Assembly: GCA_022450585.1 (NCBI GenBank)
Contig: JAKUPR010000005.1
Location: 2,141 to 66,140 of the forward strand
Length of the DNA: 64,000 bases
Reading direction: 5' to 3'
Source of the DNA: Anaerolineales bacterium
Lineage (GTDB): Bacteria; Chloroflexota; Anaerolineae; Anaerolineales; UBA11657
Shown: piece by piece, positions 28,481 to 37,916 of the stretch
How the letters are laid out: each line of letters opens with the position of its first letter
Numbering within the stretch: position 1 is the first letter of the stretch
Notes under the pieces: generated by a model
Databases searched by the model: none
The model's input: the letters and a program-made list of their open reading frames with translations, nothing else
Told to the model about the DNA's origin: nothing
Translations under genes and position numbers: made by a program

Positions 28481-29722
28481 TTAACAACACCATACCAACT
28501 GCCCATGACCTAGGGCAGGAGCCAACAAAAGTGCTTCACCATCTCGAAGCAAATACACTCCGCCGAGTCGCAGTATTGCCAGATCACCGCCCACTGGAGA
28601 CCACGCGGGCCATGGGCTGTCAAGACGGAGACGTGTAAGCTGCACCGGATCACCTCCAATGGTGGGGACCTTCCATATCTCCCAACGCCAGCCATGAGCT
28701 GATGCTTTTCGAACCCCTAGTAGGATATCTAACCATGAAAGACCGCCAAATTTGTTGGCCATAGGCATTGCCGACGCCGCGAAAGCAATCTCGGATCCAT
28801 CAGGTGATATTTGAGGCCCAGAAATCGCACCGAAAATATTGTTTGGCACCACCTGACGCGGATTCGATCCATCTGGTTCAGAAACCCACAGACCGCGCGC
28901 GTACGTTTCAAGATCATAACTCACGTAAGTCAAAAGGGATCCATCTACTGACATAGAAGGTTGTCCAGCGTAAGGTATCAATATTTCTGGAATGCCATTA
29001 CCCTGAACCTGCAAACGATTCAGGCTCATCGAGAATCCAATGTAGTTGCCAACATCATCCAGAGAATCCTCCTGATGCGAATAGTAAACCCACTTTCCAT
29101 CTGGAGACCAATAGGGACTGGTAAAGGTTTGCTCTGCGTTGCGTTGGAGAAAGACGCTCAGGTTATCACCACAATCATTTGCATCGTTTATACAAGATTT
29201 ATCAGTTATATATAGGCCAGTACGGCCAATCTGTGGTCGACCGTCAGATGGCGGTGGCGCATAAGCAAGTACTAATTGGTCCCCATAGGGAGAATTTGTT
29301 AAACCGGAAAGATAACTACCTTTTGGTGGCTCCCAGAGCTGAGTCAATTTCCCGTCAGTCATATTGATTTGCCACAAACCCGTCGCCTGAGTAAACATGA
29401 TCTTACCGCTAAGACCGAGCGTGTCGACAATAACTGGAGTAGCCACTAAAGTGGATGTCGGCGTAAGGTCCGTTAATTCAATCTTGGCATCAGAAACCAC
29501 GCCAGTGCTCTTGGTCTGAGTGACCGCAAGATTCGTACGGGGCAGCATAGGGGTAAGCACCAACTCATCCGTATCCCCATTAATATCGGTTGAATTGTCA
29601 AACTGCGCTGCGCTGGTACTAGCACCGGATACAGTGGGATTAGGAATATTCTGTGAGACGGTAATGGAACAGGCACACAGCGAAATTGCGGCTGCAACAA
29701 AAATAGTTGCCCGCTGTATCAT
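28481..29722 (-). CDS. TolB-like (PD40/WD40-like) beta-propeller lipoprotein
   Basis: Repeats YWSPDGKWVYYS, SVDGSLLTYVS, ISPDGSEIAFA and WSPVGGDLAI are present. The lipobox signal is MIQRATIFVAAAISLCAC. I set the start at 29722, directly after the copCD-fusion stop. The track ORF starts at 29767. Confidence 0.8.
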   Translation of the reverse strand: MIQRATIFVAAAISLCACSITVSQNIPNPTVSGASTSAAQFDNSTDINGDTDELVLTPMLPRTNLAVTQTKSTGVVSDAKIELTDLTPTSTLVATPVIVDTLGLSGKIMFTQATGLWQINMTDGKLTQLWEPPKGSYLSGLTNSPYGDQLVLAYAPPPSDGRPQIGRTGLYITDKSCINDANDCGDNLSVFLQRNAEQTFTSPYWSPDGKWVYYSHQEDSLDDVGNYIGFSMSLNRLQVQGNGIPEILIPYAGQPSMSVDGSLLTYVSYDLETYARGLWVSEPDGSNPRQVVPNNIFGAISGPQISPDGSEIAFAASAMPMANKFGGLSWLDILLGVRKASAHGWRWEIWKVPTIGGDPVQLTRLRLDSPWPAWSPVGGDLAILRLGGVYLLRDGEALLLAPALGHGQLVWCC

Positions 29723-29724
29723 TG

Positions 29725-31905
29725 TTACTCCGGCACCAGTGTTCGAATATAGTTTAGTAAATGCCATCGGTCTTTTTCAGAAATAACATCTCCGAATCCA
29801 GTCATAACTGAATCGGGGTATCCATCCGTAATCCACTCCATTATCCGACCGTCAGTGTGGACGCCAACAACCATATGGTCCTGCAAATTAGCAGGTGGCG
29901 GATTAAGAGTAATGCCAACTGGCCCATCTCCAAGACCAAGAGGACCATGGCACACCAGGCAGTTGCGCTCATATATTTCTTGGCCCTGACTCAGAGATGA
30001 CAAATCCGGTGCAATTGGGTTCACCACTTGAGAGGGTATCAGGCTGCCAGACAACACAAATACTCCAGTTCCAACAGATATCAGCGCACCCGATGGAAGA
30101 AAACCAAATGCAATTTGCGATAAGCGTCCCTTAATCACACCTCGAAGCACCAAAGCATAAAGCAATCCTAACACCATCAAGGTAAATGCCGCAAAGCGAG
30201 CAAATCCTGGGCGTGTTGCAGCAGCACCAGCTTGTTGCCCTAGAGTAGAAACTTGCAAATTAAAGTTTGTATACGCATCGTACCTCTCAGAACGGCGTAC
30301 GACTATTTGAGCTTGCCATTCTCCGGGCAAGCTCAAATAGCTTCCTTGCAGAATATAGTGACCGTCACCTTGATTGTTTAATGAAGCATTAGTTTGCCCT
30401 ATCTCAGCAGATAGAGGAGTAAAACGCACCAATACTTCATCGGCGTCAGTGACTGATTTTCCCGACATATCCGACAGATGAACATCAAACTGATTCACGC
30501 CAACATATCCGGGCAAGATAGAGAATCGAACAGTGAGATTCTCAACATGACTCTGTAAAACCATCTGTCTGGAAAACGTTCTCACTGGTGGAATTGTGGC
30601 AAGATTCCCTGCGGCAGCAAGCACGCAGACACCCAATATCGCCTCTGTCGTCACAACTCGCCTCAGGTACAGCACCATCCGTTTATTAAAATCTATCTTT
30701 AGCTTCGGTCTGATTACCAATAAATTTACCGCTGCCAACATGAGTACTGGGATTATCACCCCTAGCTTGATGAGCATACTATTTCCATATGGACTACTAA
30801 ACAACGCTTCCATAGATCCGACAGTCAATGATGCATTGTAGACACCAGTAATAAACAATGTACACACTGTAATCAATCCAATGTTAGAAAAGCGCGGAAC
30901 AAGGTCTGCTAGCAACTGCACACGTGTGTCTACTCTTACATCTCGCAGTGACCAAATTACAACTGCGAGATGTAACAAACCACCAATCCATAAACTTGCG
31001 GCCAAAACATGCAATACATTGGATAAAATGGGCAACAAGGATGATGATGCTGACAGATGAGAATTAAGACTAAGAGTAACTACAAGACTGCAGAGTGCGA
31101 CTGGTCGTGCGTAATCCAACCAACGCCATGAGTTGATGTGCGAGAGAATCACAGTTACTACTAAAACAAGTCTAAGCAACCATAACAAGCCATAACGCGT
31201 ACCAAAAAGCATCTCACCTAACCCAGCGTCGAAGATAACTTTGGTAAAATCAAGACCAGTTGCGGAAGAAACATGCCACAGCAGACTAGCAATACTGGCC
31301 CCAATGAACAGAGCAATACCAGACATTTGCACGGTTCGTAACAACCCTACTATTAATACTGGGTTCGCTTCGCTGAATTTTTGCGCAACAGGCATCCACA
31401 CGTAAGCTACAAAAAGGGATCCCCCGATTACAATTGCTATCCCGAGCAATGAAAGCCATCTCGGAATCACTTCACCAGGAGTAGCCGCAACGGTCCCAAA
31501 ACTAGCCTCCACAGAGGAAGCAAGCACTTCTGGATCTACATCTCCAACTGAGAACGGAAATGTCCCGAACGTAACATGTCCGTCCACAACCGAGAGAGCC
31601 TTCCATGAGACAGTGTATACCCCATCCCCAAGCGACCGCAGACCAACATGTATATGTGTGGGGTCGCTCGGATTTACATTAGTGACGCCATCATCTACTT
31701 GAAAACCGTTCTGATCAAGTACCTTAATCTCAGTGAAGCTGCTTTCAAGTGGCTCGGTAAGCCATATCTCAATCTGAACAGGAGGTTTTTCGAGCACAGC
31801 ATTGGGATGAGGATCTGAACGCACAAACAAACCATGAGCACTTGCCGGCATAGCACACACAAGCAGCATGATTACAACTACGACAATAATCTGGATGCTT
31901 TTCAA
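29725..31905 (-). CDS. CopC-CopD-YtkA-like-cytochrome c fusion protein (YcnJ-like copper handling membrane protein with C-terminal mono-haem domain)
   Basis: The signal peptide is predicted to be cleaved at SA|H. The CopC domain reads HGLFVRSDPHPNAVLEKPPVQIEIWLTEPLE. A multi-helix CopD-like core follows, then an Ig-like YtkA/FixH-like segment and two more helices. The C-terminal class I cytochrome c has CLVCH at 29947-29961 and a distal Met region, DSVMTGF. Confidence 0.8.
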   Translation of the reverse strand: MKSIQIIVVVVIMLLVCAMPASAHGLFVRSDPHPNAVLEKPPVQIEIWLTEPLESSFTEIKVLDQNGFQVDDGVTNVNPSDPTHIHVGLRSLGDGVYTVSWKALSVVDGHVTFGTFPFSVGDVDPEVLASSVEASFGTVAATPGEVIPRWLSLLGIAIVIGGSLFVAYVWMPVAQKFSEANPVLIVGLLRTVQMSGIALFIGASIASLLWHVSSATGLDFTKVIFDAGLGEMLFGTRYGLLWLLRLVLVVTVILSHINSWRWLDYARPVALCSLVVTLSLNSHLSASSSLLPILSNVLHVLAASLWIGGLLHLAVVIWSLRDVRVDTRVQLLADLVPRFSNIGLITVCTLFITGVYNASLTVGSMEALFSSPYGNSMLIKLGVIIPVLMLAAVNLLVIRPKLKIDFNKRMVLYLRRVVTTEAILGVCVLAAAGNLATIPPVRTFSRQMVLQSHVENLTVRFSILPGYVGVNQFDVHLSDMSGKSVTDADEVLVRFTPLSAEIGQTNASLNNQGDGHYILQGSYLSLPGEWQAQIVVRRSERYDAYTNFNLQVSTLGQQAGAAATRPGFARFAAFTLMVLGLLYALVLRGVIKGRLSQIAFGFLPSGALISVGTGVFVLSGSLIPSQVVNPIAPDLSSLSQGQEIYERNCLVCHGPLGLGDGPVGITLNPPPANLQDHMVVGVHTDGRIMEWITDGYPDSVMTGFGDVISEKDRWHLLNYIRTLVPE

Positions 31906-31974
31906 GGTAACAAATTAGTGATAGTTAATGACAGACTATCTATCTCATCAGCATTACTTATACAAGACGTCCGC

Positions 31975-32439
31975 TTATTCGTACATCTCGACTGTTACTG
32001 AAGATCCGTCCTCCAATTCCTCGTGAGTACCAGTTGCCAGATAGACAGATATTTCATGTCCACCAGGATCCACTCCTTGCAGTACATAGCTGGTATCACC
32101 ACCCTTTATCATCCCCCATGACTTGCCATCAACGTAGACATGCCAATGATTCTCAGACTCTGTTAGATCAAAATTGTCTACTTCAACTTCCACAATTACA
32201 TTCTGCGTTGATATCCGATCACCCTCTCCGGGAGAGAGGATTCTTATAACAGCACCTGCATTGGGGACCCTCAGATTGTGATCTTGCTCTTCCTCACCAT
32301 GATGATGCTCTTCTTCGGAACCTTGAGTATGAATCTTTTCCGTATCTAGCATCTGAGAAGATGTGCACGCCGATACAAGCACTAATATCACAAGCATGAT
32401 GCCACTGATAATTATCGATCGTATGTATCCAAGTAACAT
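31975..32439 (-). CDS. Secreted His/Glu-rich lipoprotein, DUF4399-like putative metal-binding protein
   Basis: The lipobox is LVSAC. A His-rich stretch reads SEEEHHHGEEEQDHN and an Ig-like domain contains NHWHVYVDG. GGAGG lies 9 nt upstream of the ATG. Confidence 0.65.
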   Translation of the reverse strand: MLLGYIRSIIISGIMLVILVLVSACTSSQMLDTEKIHTQGSEEEHHHGEEEQDHNLRVPNAGAVIRILSPGEGDRISTQNVIVEVEVDNFDLTESENHWHVYVDGKSWGMIKGGDTSYVLQGVDPGGHEISVYLATGTHEELEDGSSVTVEMYE

Positions 32440-32573
32440 ATTGATTGTCCTCCAAAAGATATTATTTCCTCACTCAAACTTAACCTACATAGACGGTCCC
32501 GACGTCATCATAGATGCATCCCCTTAAACAAAAACCGCGATTGATACCAGATTACTGATGAGCCGAGATGTTT

Positions 32574-33275
32574 TCATGATTGTCGACGAAAATAGATAAA
32601 TACCAAACCGCCGATAGCCAACAAACTCAAAATGGAGCTCGCAGCCACCAGAACATAAGTCTTCCGAATCCGATTCTCAAGATCAACAATGAAAAGTTGC
32701 AGTTCTCGAGGAGTCGGCTGTGTCTCTGGAAACTGGAGAACCTTGCCCGGTAGTACTTCCTCAGGCGCTACTGTCTTATCCACTTTTGTGTTGCCAATAA
32801 GACCGGTCACTTGCACTTCGTACTGACCCTGCACAGTTGGATAGATTTCAGCTTCGTATACGCCTGATACATCCGTGGGAGTCAGATTACCCAAGAACGT
32901 GCGTCCGGCATATTTGATTGTGATCTCAAGAGAGGTGGCTTGACCATTAACAGGAACACCATCCTCACTGACCGAAACTGTTATCCCGTTACGCTCGCCC
33001 ACTATCACAGGCTCATTGACCCACCCGACTACCACATGATACGGACCCTCTTCAAAAGAAACGTGAGCCAGCGAAGGCATCACCGACAAGCATGTGCACA
33101 TTACGGTAATAACAATTGCCACAAAGAAACGCCTTAACTTTTGCCAAGGAACACAAATACCCACACGAGACAGAGACTCCGAAACACTATTGTCTCCGTC
33201 CTGGACGCAAATTTCCAGGCTTGTGCTGTGCGCAGGAGCTCTAGCATTCACCGTACAATTACGCGGAACAAGCAT
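32574..33275 (-). CDS. Secreted Ig-like protein with a predicted mature N-terminal His and a C-terminal TM anchor (YcnI-like topology)
   Basis: The signal peptide ends SLA|HVSFEEGPYH. The C-terminal helix is VLVAASSILSLLAIGGLVFIY. The true start may be the GTG at 33164, just before the signal peptide. Similarity to DUF1775/YcnI rests on topology and the N-terminal His only. Confidence 0.55.
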   Translation of the reverse strand: MLVPRNCTVNARAPAHSTSLEICVQDGDNSVSESLSRVGICVPWQKLRRFFVAIVITVMCTCLSVMPSLAHVSFEEGPYHVVVGWVNEPVIVGERNGITVSVSEDGVPVNGQATSLEITIKYAGRTFLGNLTPTDVSGVYEAEIYPTVQGQYEVQVTGLIGNTKVDKTVAPEEVLPGKVLQFPETQPTPRELQLFIVDLENRIRKTYVLVAASSILSLLAIGGLVFIYFRRQS

Positions 33276-33667
33276 TATATTTCCCTGATTTCTCGAACAG
33301 ATCCTTGAAGTAAGTCAAATGAGCCCATTAAAATCATGATTCAAATAATGCATTCAACTAGGAATTACATCGTTTAGCAAACAGAACGTATATTACACCA
33401 ACGGAAATTATAATGGACATAGACACTGCACAGCAAGGAAAAATATGAAGAAAGATATGATATGTATCCTGCAGTCACGCCAATCCTTTTGCAATAACAT
33501 TCCTCCACAATTTTTTGGAATGAAATCTAATCGGAGTGTCACAAAAACATATACGAATGTCATCGACTGTTAGATTATTTAACATATAATAATTGTGGTC
33601 AGCATCACATTTGTTTTAGTAATATATCGTCACAATAAGGGGACATGGCTTTACTAGAGGTTTTATC

Positions 33668-36600
33668 ATGCGACACCAAAAATTAATTATCTTGTTTTCA
33701 CTGCTTATTACTGCCTGCTCAGGGAGCCAAAATACGCCCACTGCTGAGCTCAATAGAGCACAAGATGCCACCCAGAAAGTTGAAGGATCCAACCCGACAC
33801 AACCGATCCCTGAAACCCAGAAAGTTGAAGGATCCAACCCGACACAGCAAGCCCCTACATTCAATCCAAAAGCATACGACGTCCAGTGTGCCGACAACAT
33901 ATTGGGGATGGAAGTAACAGACCAGATTTTCCCGGAATTATGTGCAGAAGAATGCCGGAATCCTACAGAGGTAGAACTAGAGCAAATCGAAGCTTGCCGC
34001 AGTGGCGTGCCATTAGGATCCCATGATGATGGAGGGCAGGAGGCTCCAGTTTATTCTCAGAGAGAATGCGCACGAGATTCCCGCGGCATGGCAGTAGGAC
34101 CAGACTGCAACGTACCTCCCACCCCCCTTCCAGCCGGAGTTGTGATTGCTGAACTACTCGACGCCCAACCACCTCAGCCTAATCACGAATTTCCAGAAAC
34201 CTATGAGTGTGAAATTGTTGATGAATTTGGGAAGTGTGCGGAGTTGCGCTGGGAAGCTGTTTCTGACCTCCTAGCAGGCGAATTCACTGCCATCGAGATT
34301 GCACCTACCAACTCGGACATCCTATATGCCGGAGTCGATTCCAATGACATGTCCATCTACAAGAGCGTAGACGCTGGTGCAACTTGGCAGCTATTTGATG
34401 TCACGGGGCATACGGGCGGAGTCGCAATCAATCCGGTAGATCCCAACATTGTGCTCTATACAAACCTGGAGGCGCCTATCCGTCGAACTGCAGATGGTGG
34501 TTGGAGATGGGAATCTGTATTAAGTGTCATTACAGATACCGGTGCAACGCCATGGACGGCTATAGCTTTTTCTCCTGATGATCCTAATATCGCTTATACA
34601 GCAAATGTTCCAGGTCCATCTCGCGGCGGCTTTTATCCTCCTGAACCTGCAAATATTTACGTCAGCAACAATGCCGGTCTTGGGTGGAGCCTTGTCGGAA
34701 CATGCGAGTGCGGAGCTATCAAGCGCCTAGTGGTGCAACCAAATAATTCTGATGTAGTTTGGGCAGCAGGAGATGGTGGCGTCCGGGTAAGCCGAGATGG
34801 GGGACAAAAGTGGAGCGAAGATCTGCTACAGGACATTGCTTTACGTCCAGAAGGCGCTACGGAATCTTCGTCTATGGGCCTAGCATTACATCACGGTGAC
34901 CCGTCGATCATCCTTGCTGCTACAAGAGAGGTTGGTATGTTCCGCAGCACAGACGGTGGAAAAACATGGAGCGCAACCAATGATGGCATTGATACCAAGA
35001 GACTCCATCATGTCGTATTTGCGCCCAGTCAGCCTGACATAGCATATGTTGCAACACATCAAGGTGTCTATCGTAGCGACGACGCCGGTCAGAGTTGGAC
35101 GCCTACCAGTCAGACCATGACATATCCATTTGTCACTGCCATTGCAGTGGATCCAAATAATGCAGACATCGCCTATGTTGGCACCGCTAGTGAAGTCTAT
35201 ACCAGTCATACATCTCACTTTAATCCGGGTCTCCATGAAGGAGAAGGACTGTACAAGACAAATGACGGAGGAAAAACATGGTCCAGAAGTGACAAAGGTA
35301 TTTACGAGGCCAAGGTTGCTCAAATGGGCACACATCCGCTCATACCTTTCAACCTGTGGGCAGGCGGAGAGTCCGGCAGAGGAGCTTTTTTTACTCCTGA
35401 TGGGGGTGAAAGTTGGCTATTTTCACCTTTTCAAGGAGCACACTACCCGATGGTATTTGCGTTCTCACAAACATTTCCCACACTGCAATACCTAACCGCC
35501 TGGACTCATTTCGGCGAGCTAAGCAAAAGCACAGACGGGGGTTCAAGTTGGTTTCTGTTAACTTCCAAAATCGAGTCAGGGATTAGTGAAGAAACAAGAT
35601 CCCTCGGATTGATCCTTGACGAGGAGGCAAAATTCCATTTACATGGTTTGGCCATTGCGCCTTCTGATCCAGATATAATTTATGTTGGATCAGTGCACGA
35701 CTCTGTGTACCCCGATGTTGGGTTCACTCTATTCGGAGCTCACCTCTTCAAGTCGATAAACGGTGGTGAGAGTTTCATAGAAATGAGTAATGGTTTCCCG
35801 ATAGAAACGCGCACCGCTATCAATGCGATTGTCGTTCATCCCGACAATTCTGACATTGCCTACGCCATGACCACTAGACATGAATCAGAAACTGCTATCG
35901 GGATTTACAAAACCATTAATGGAGCTAGATCATGGACGGCCGTGAACGAAGGCATAGACCCGCAAACAAATGACCTCCAAATAGATCCTCTATCTCCAGA
36001 CACTCTTTACGCCGCCACTGAAGCAGGAGTCTACAAAACCACTGATGGTGCTAACACGTGGAAACACCACTCGGAAGGAATACCTGCAGAACCAGTAATC
36101 GACCTTGCTTTAGACCCAATCAACCCGCTCATGCTATACGCAATTACGCCTGAGCATGTTTATCGTACCAAAAATGGTGGAGACCATTGGTACCAAGTTG
36201 ACCTAGGTCTACCGCTCGACGACAGCAGTGACGCAGTAACATCAGGAAAGTCACCCAGTATTGACCTTGGAGAATCCGAAGGCCATCGTGTGTACGGAGG
36301 TTATTTTGCACAGGACCGAACCCTAGAAATCGATGCCACCGGTCGGTTGCTTTACGTGGTGGTTAAGACGAGTAGACACGAACGCTCAGTCAGGCATGTA
36401 TACCGAGCGATATTGGGCTCATTATTACCAGTGAGTTACCAGTTCGAGCTACAAGGGGAAAAGATATTAGTGCAATCTACTTCAAATGTTTACGAAATGA
36501 TATACGAGAACCAATTGCAGAAAATACGTTTCACTGTTGCCGGTCCAAGTGGCACAAACGGTCGAACCACAATAACCATTCCAGACAAATTTCTTGACGG

Positions 36601-36715
36601 AAAATCAAGAGTACTAGTAGATGGACATCAGGTGCCGGCTAGCCACGATGGGAGTGACATCACTTTTGAGTACACTCATATAGGTCGCAGTACTGTGATA
36701 ATATCAAATGAATAG
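33668..36715 (+). CDS. Large BNR/Asp-box repeat (sialidase/GH74/Vps10-like beta-propeller) lipoprotein
   Basis: The lipobox is LLITAC. About 12 SxDxGxTW-type Asp-boxes are present (SVDAGATW, SRDGGQKW, STDGGKTW, SDDAGQSW, TNDGGKTW, TPDGGESW, STDGGSSW, TTDGANTW, TKNGGDHW and others). The N-terminal region is Cys-rich. Confidence 0.85.
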   Translation: MRHQKLIILFSLLITACSGSQNTPTAELNRAQDATQKVEGSNPTQPIPETQKVEGSNPTQQAPTFNPKAYDVQCADNILGMEVTDQIFPELCAEECRNPTEVELEQIEACRSGVPLGSHDDGGQEAPVYSQRECARDSRGMAVGPDCNVPPTPLPAGVVIAELLDAQPPQPNHEFPETYECEIVDEFGKCAELRWEAVSDLLAGEFTAIEIAPTNSDILYAGVDSNDMSIYKSVDAGATWQLFDVTGHTGGVAINPVDPNIVLYTNLEAPIRRTADGGWRWESVLSVITDTGATPWTAIAFSPDDPNIAYTANVPGPSRGGFYPPEPANIYVSNNAGLGWSLVGTCECGAIKRLVVQPNNSDVVWAAGDGGVRVSRDGGQKWSEDLLQDIALRPEGATESSSMGLALHHGDPSIILAATREVGMFRSTDGGKTWSATNDGIDTKRLHHVVFAPSQPDIAYVATHQGVYRSDDAGQSWTPTSQTMTYPFVTAIAVDPNNADIAYVGTASEVYTSHTSHFNPGLHEGEGLYKTNDGGKTWSRSDKGIYEAKVAQMGTHPLIPFNLWAGGESGRGAFFTPDGGESWLFSPFQGAHYPMVFAFSQTFPTLQYLTAWTHFGELSKSTDGGSSWFLLTSKIESGISEETRSLGLILDEEAKFHLHGLAIAPSDPDIIYVGSVHDSVYPDVGFTLFGAHLFKSINGGESFIEMSNGFPIETRTAINAIVVHPDNSDIAYAMTTRHESETAIGIYKTINGARSWTAVNEGIDPQTNDLQIDPLSPDTLYAATEAGVYKTTDGANTWKHHSEGIPAEPVIDLALDPINPLMLYAITPEHVYRTKNGGDHWYQVDLGLPLDDSSDAVTSGKSPSIDLGESEGHRVYGGYFAQDRTLEIDATGRLLYVVVKTSRHERSVRHVYRAILGSLLPVSYQFELQGEKILVQSTSNVYEMIYENQLQKIRFTVAGPSGTNGRTTITIPDKFLDGKSRVLVDGHQVPASHDGSDITFEYTHIGRSTVIISNE
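33771..33846 (+). repeat. Perfect 31-bp direct repeat with 45-bp period inside the BNR lipoprotein gene
   Basis: The sequence cccagaaagttgaaggatccaacccgacaca occurs at 33771-33801 and again at 33816-33846. It encodes TQKVEGSNPTQ twice. Confidence 0.95.
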
Positions 36716-36772
36716 AGCTCTCACGATTTTGACAATAATGCTCCGTGCACTCCGACTAGAGTAAGGTGTCCA

Positions 36773-37810
36773 ATGAAGATCTACCGACTGGCATTGATTG
36801 GTTTTGGAAATGTGGGCCAAGGACTTGCCCACATTCTTGTGGAGAGAGGTAACTGGCTCGCAGATCGATTCGGCGTCGGTTTCCAGATTGTGGCCGTCAG
36901 CGATCTACACAAAGGAAGCTGTTACGATCCGAACGGGCTGTCAACTTCCGATTTGTTAGCAACCATCCGAGAGAATGATAGCCTCACCGCCGTAACCGCA
37001 CCGCACCGCGATTGGGACGCACTGCGCACCATCAACGAAAGCAACTCGGACATCGTAGTCGAAATCAGTTACACCGATCTAAAAACCGGGGAGCCAGCCC
37101 TTACTCACGTCCACGCAGCTCTGCAGGCTGGCAAACACGTAGTCACTACCAATAAGGGTCCAACCGCTCTACGCTTCCCTGAGCTGCTTGTCCTGGCGCG
37201 CAAGAACAAGGTAGAAATGGGTGTGGAAGGTACAGTCATGAGCGGTACACCCGCTCTGAGAATGGGTATGGAGATGCTGGCCGGAGCCAAGGTAACGAGC
37301 GTGCAAGGTATTTTGAACGGGACGACCAATTACATTTTGACGCAAATGGAAAATGGAGCAGATTACGATGAGGCACTCGCCGAGGCACAGCAGAAAGGTT
37401 ATGCAGAAGCTGACCCAAGCGGAGATGTAGACGGACATGACGCCGCTGGCAAAGTAGTCATTCTAGCAAATCTACTCATGGAATTGCCGCTGACCATGGA
37501 GGATGTTAGTTGCGAGGGCATAACACGGTTGACTAGCAATGATATCAAATCCGCATCTGCAGCCGGAGAACGGTGGAAACTAATTGGCACAGTTAAAAAG
37601 GCGACTACGGGAGTCACCGCCTCTGTGGAGCCCCGACGTATTCCACTCAGTCATCCCTTAGCTTCAATTGCAGGTGCGACCAACGCAATCACATATAGCA
37701 CCGATCTTCTCGGTGATGTGACACTAGTAGGACCAGGTGCAGGCCGGATTGAGACTGGCTACGCCCTGCTAGAGGACATGCTGGCCATTCACCGCAATCA
37801 CAGTACATAA
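36773..37810 (+). CDS. hom: Homoserine dehydrogenase (short form without an ACT domain)
   Basis: It has the Rossmann motif LIGFGNVGQG plus GILNGTTNYIL, AQQKGYAEADPSGDVDGHDAAGKVVILAN and GPGAG. Confidence 0.85.
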   Translation: MKIYRLALIGFGNVGQGLAHILVERGNWLADRFGVGFQIVAVSDLHKGSCYDPNGLSTSDLLATIRENDSLTAVTAPHRDWDALRTINESNSDIVVEISYTDLKTGEPALTHVHAALQAGKHVVTTNKGPTALRFPELLVLARKNKVEMGVEGTVMSGTPALRMGMEMLAGAKVTSVQGILNGTTNYILTQMENGADYDEALAEAQQKGYAEADPSGDVDGHDAAGKVVILANLLMELPLTMEDVSCEGITRLTSNDIKSASAAGERWKLIGTVKKATTGVTASVEPRRIPLSHPLASIAGATNAITYSTDLLGDVTLVGPGAGRIETGYALLEDMLAIHRNHST

Positions 37811-37860
37811 GAGGCAGCAATTACTAATAGCAATGCTCTGAAAATGTTGTGGCTATAATC

Positions 37861-37893
37861 AAAAAAGCCCCTCGGAAACCGAGGGGCTTTTTT
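37861..37893. terminator. Bidirectional rho-independent terminator between convergent hom and acnA
   Basis: The sequence is AAAAAA-GCCCCTCGG-aaa-CCGAGGGGC-TTTTTT. A 9-bp GC-rich stem is flanked by A6 and T6 tracts. Confidence 0.9.
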
Positions 37894-37916
37894 GATATTT
37901 GATTGCTGAACAGCTA

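Noticed and set aside
33540-33560. TACGAATGTC resembles a CopY box (TACAnnTGTA) upstream of the copper operon.
   Set aside because: Two of the eight specified positions mismatch, including both dyad-defining A residues. There is only a single copy, and no CopY gene is in the window.
33445-33573. A 42-aa ORF (MKKDMICILQSRQSFCNNIPPQFFGMKSNRSVTKTYTNVIDC) with an upstream AAGGA lies in the 392-bp gap between the copper operon and the BNR gene.
   Set aside because: The composition looks like translated AT-rich non-coding DNA, with no hydrophobic or structured pattern. Conservation cannot be assessed from the sequence alone. The region is more likely divergent promoter DNA.
33616-33900. A 94-aa minus-strand ORF overlaps the 5' end of the BNR gene and contains the duplicated GLDPSTFWV peptide.
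   Set aside because: Its internal repeat is simply the reverse translation of the 45-bp-period duplication in the plus-strand gene. The plus-strand frame has a lipobox signal and continues into a 1015-aa protein.
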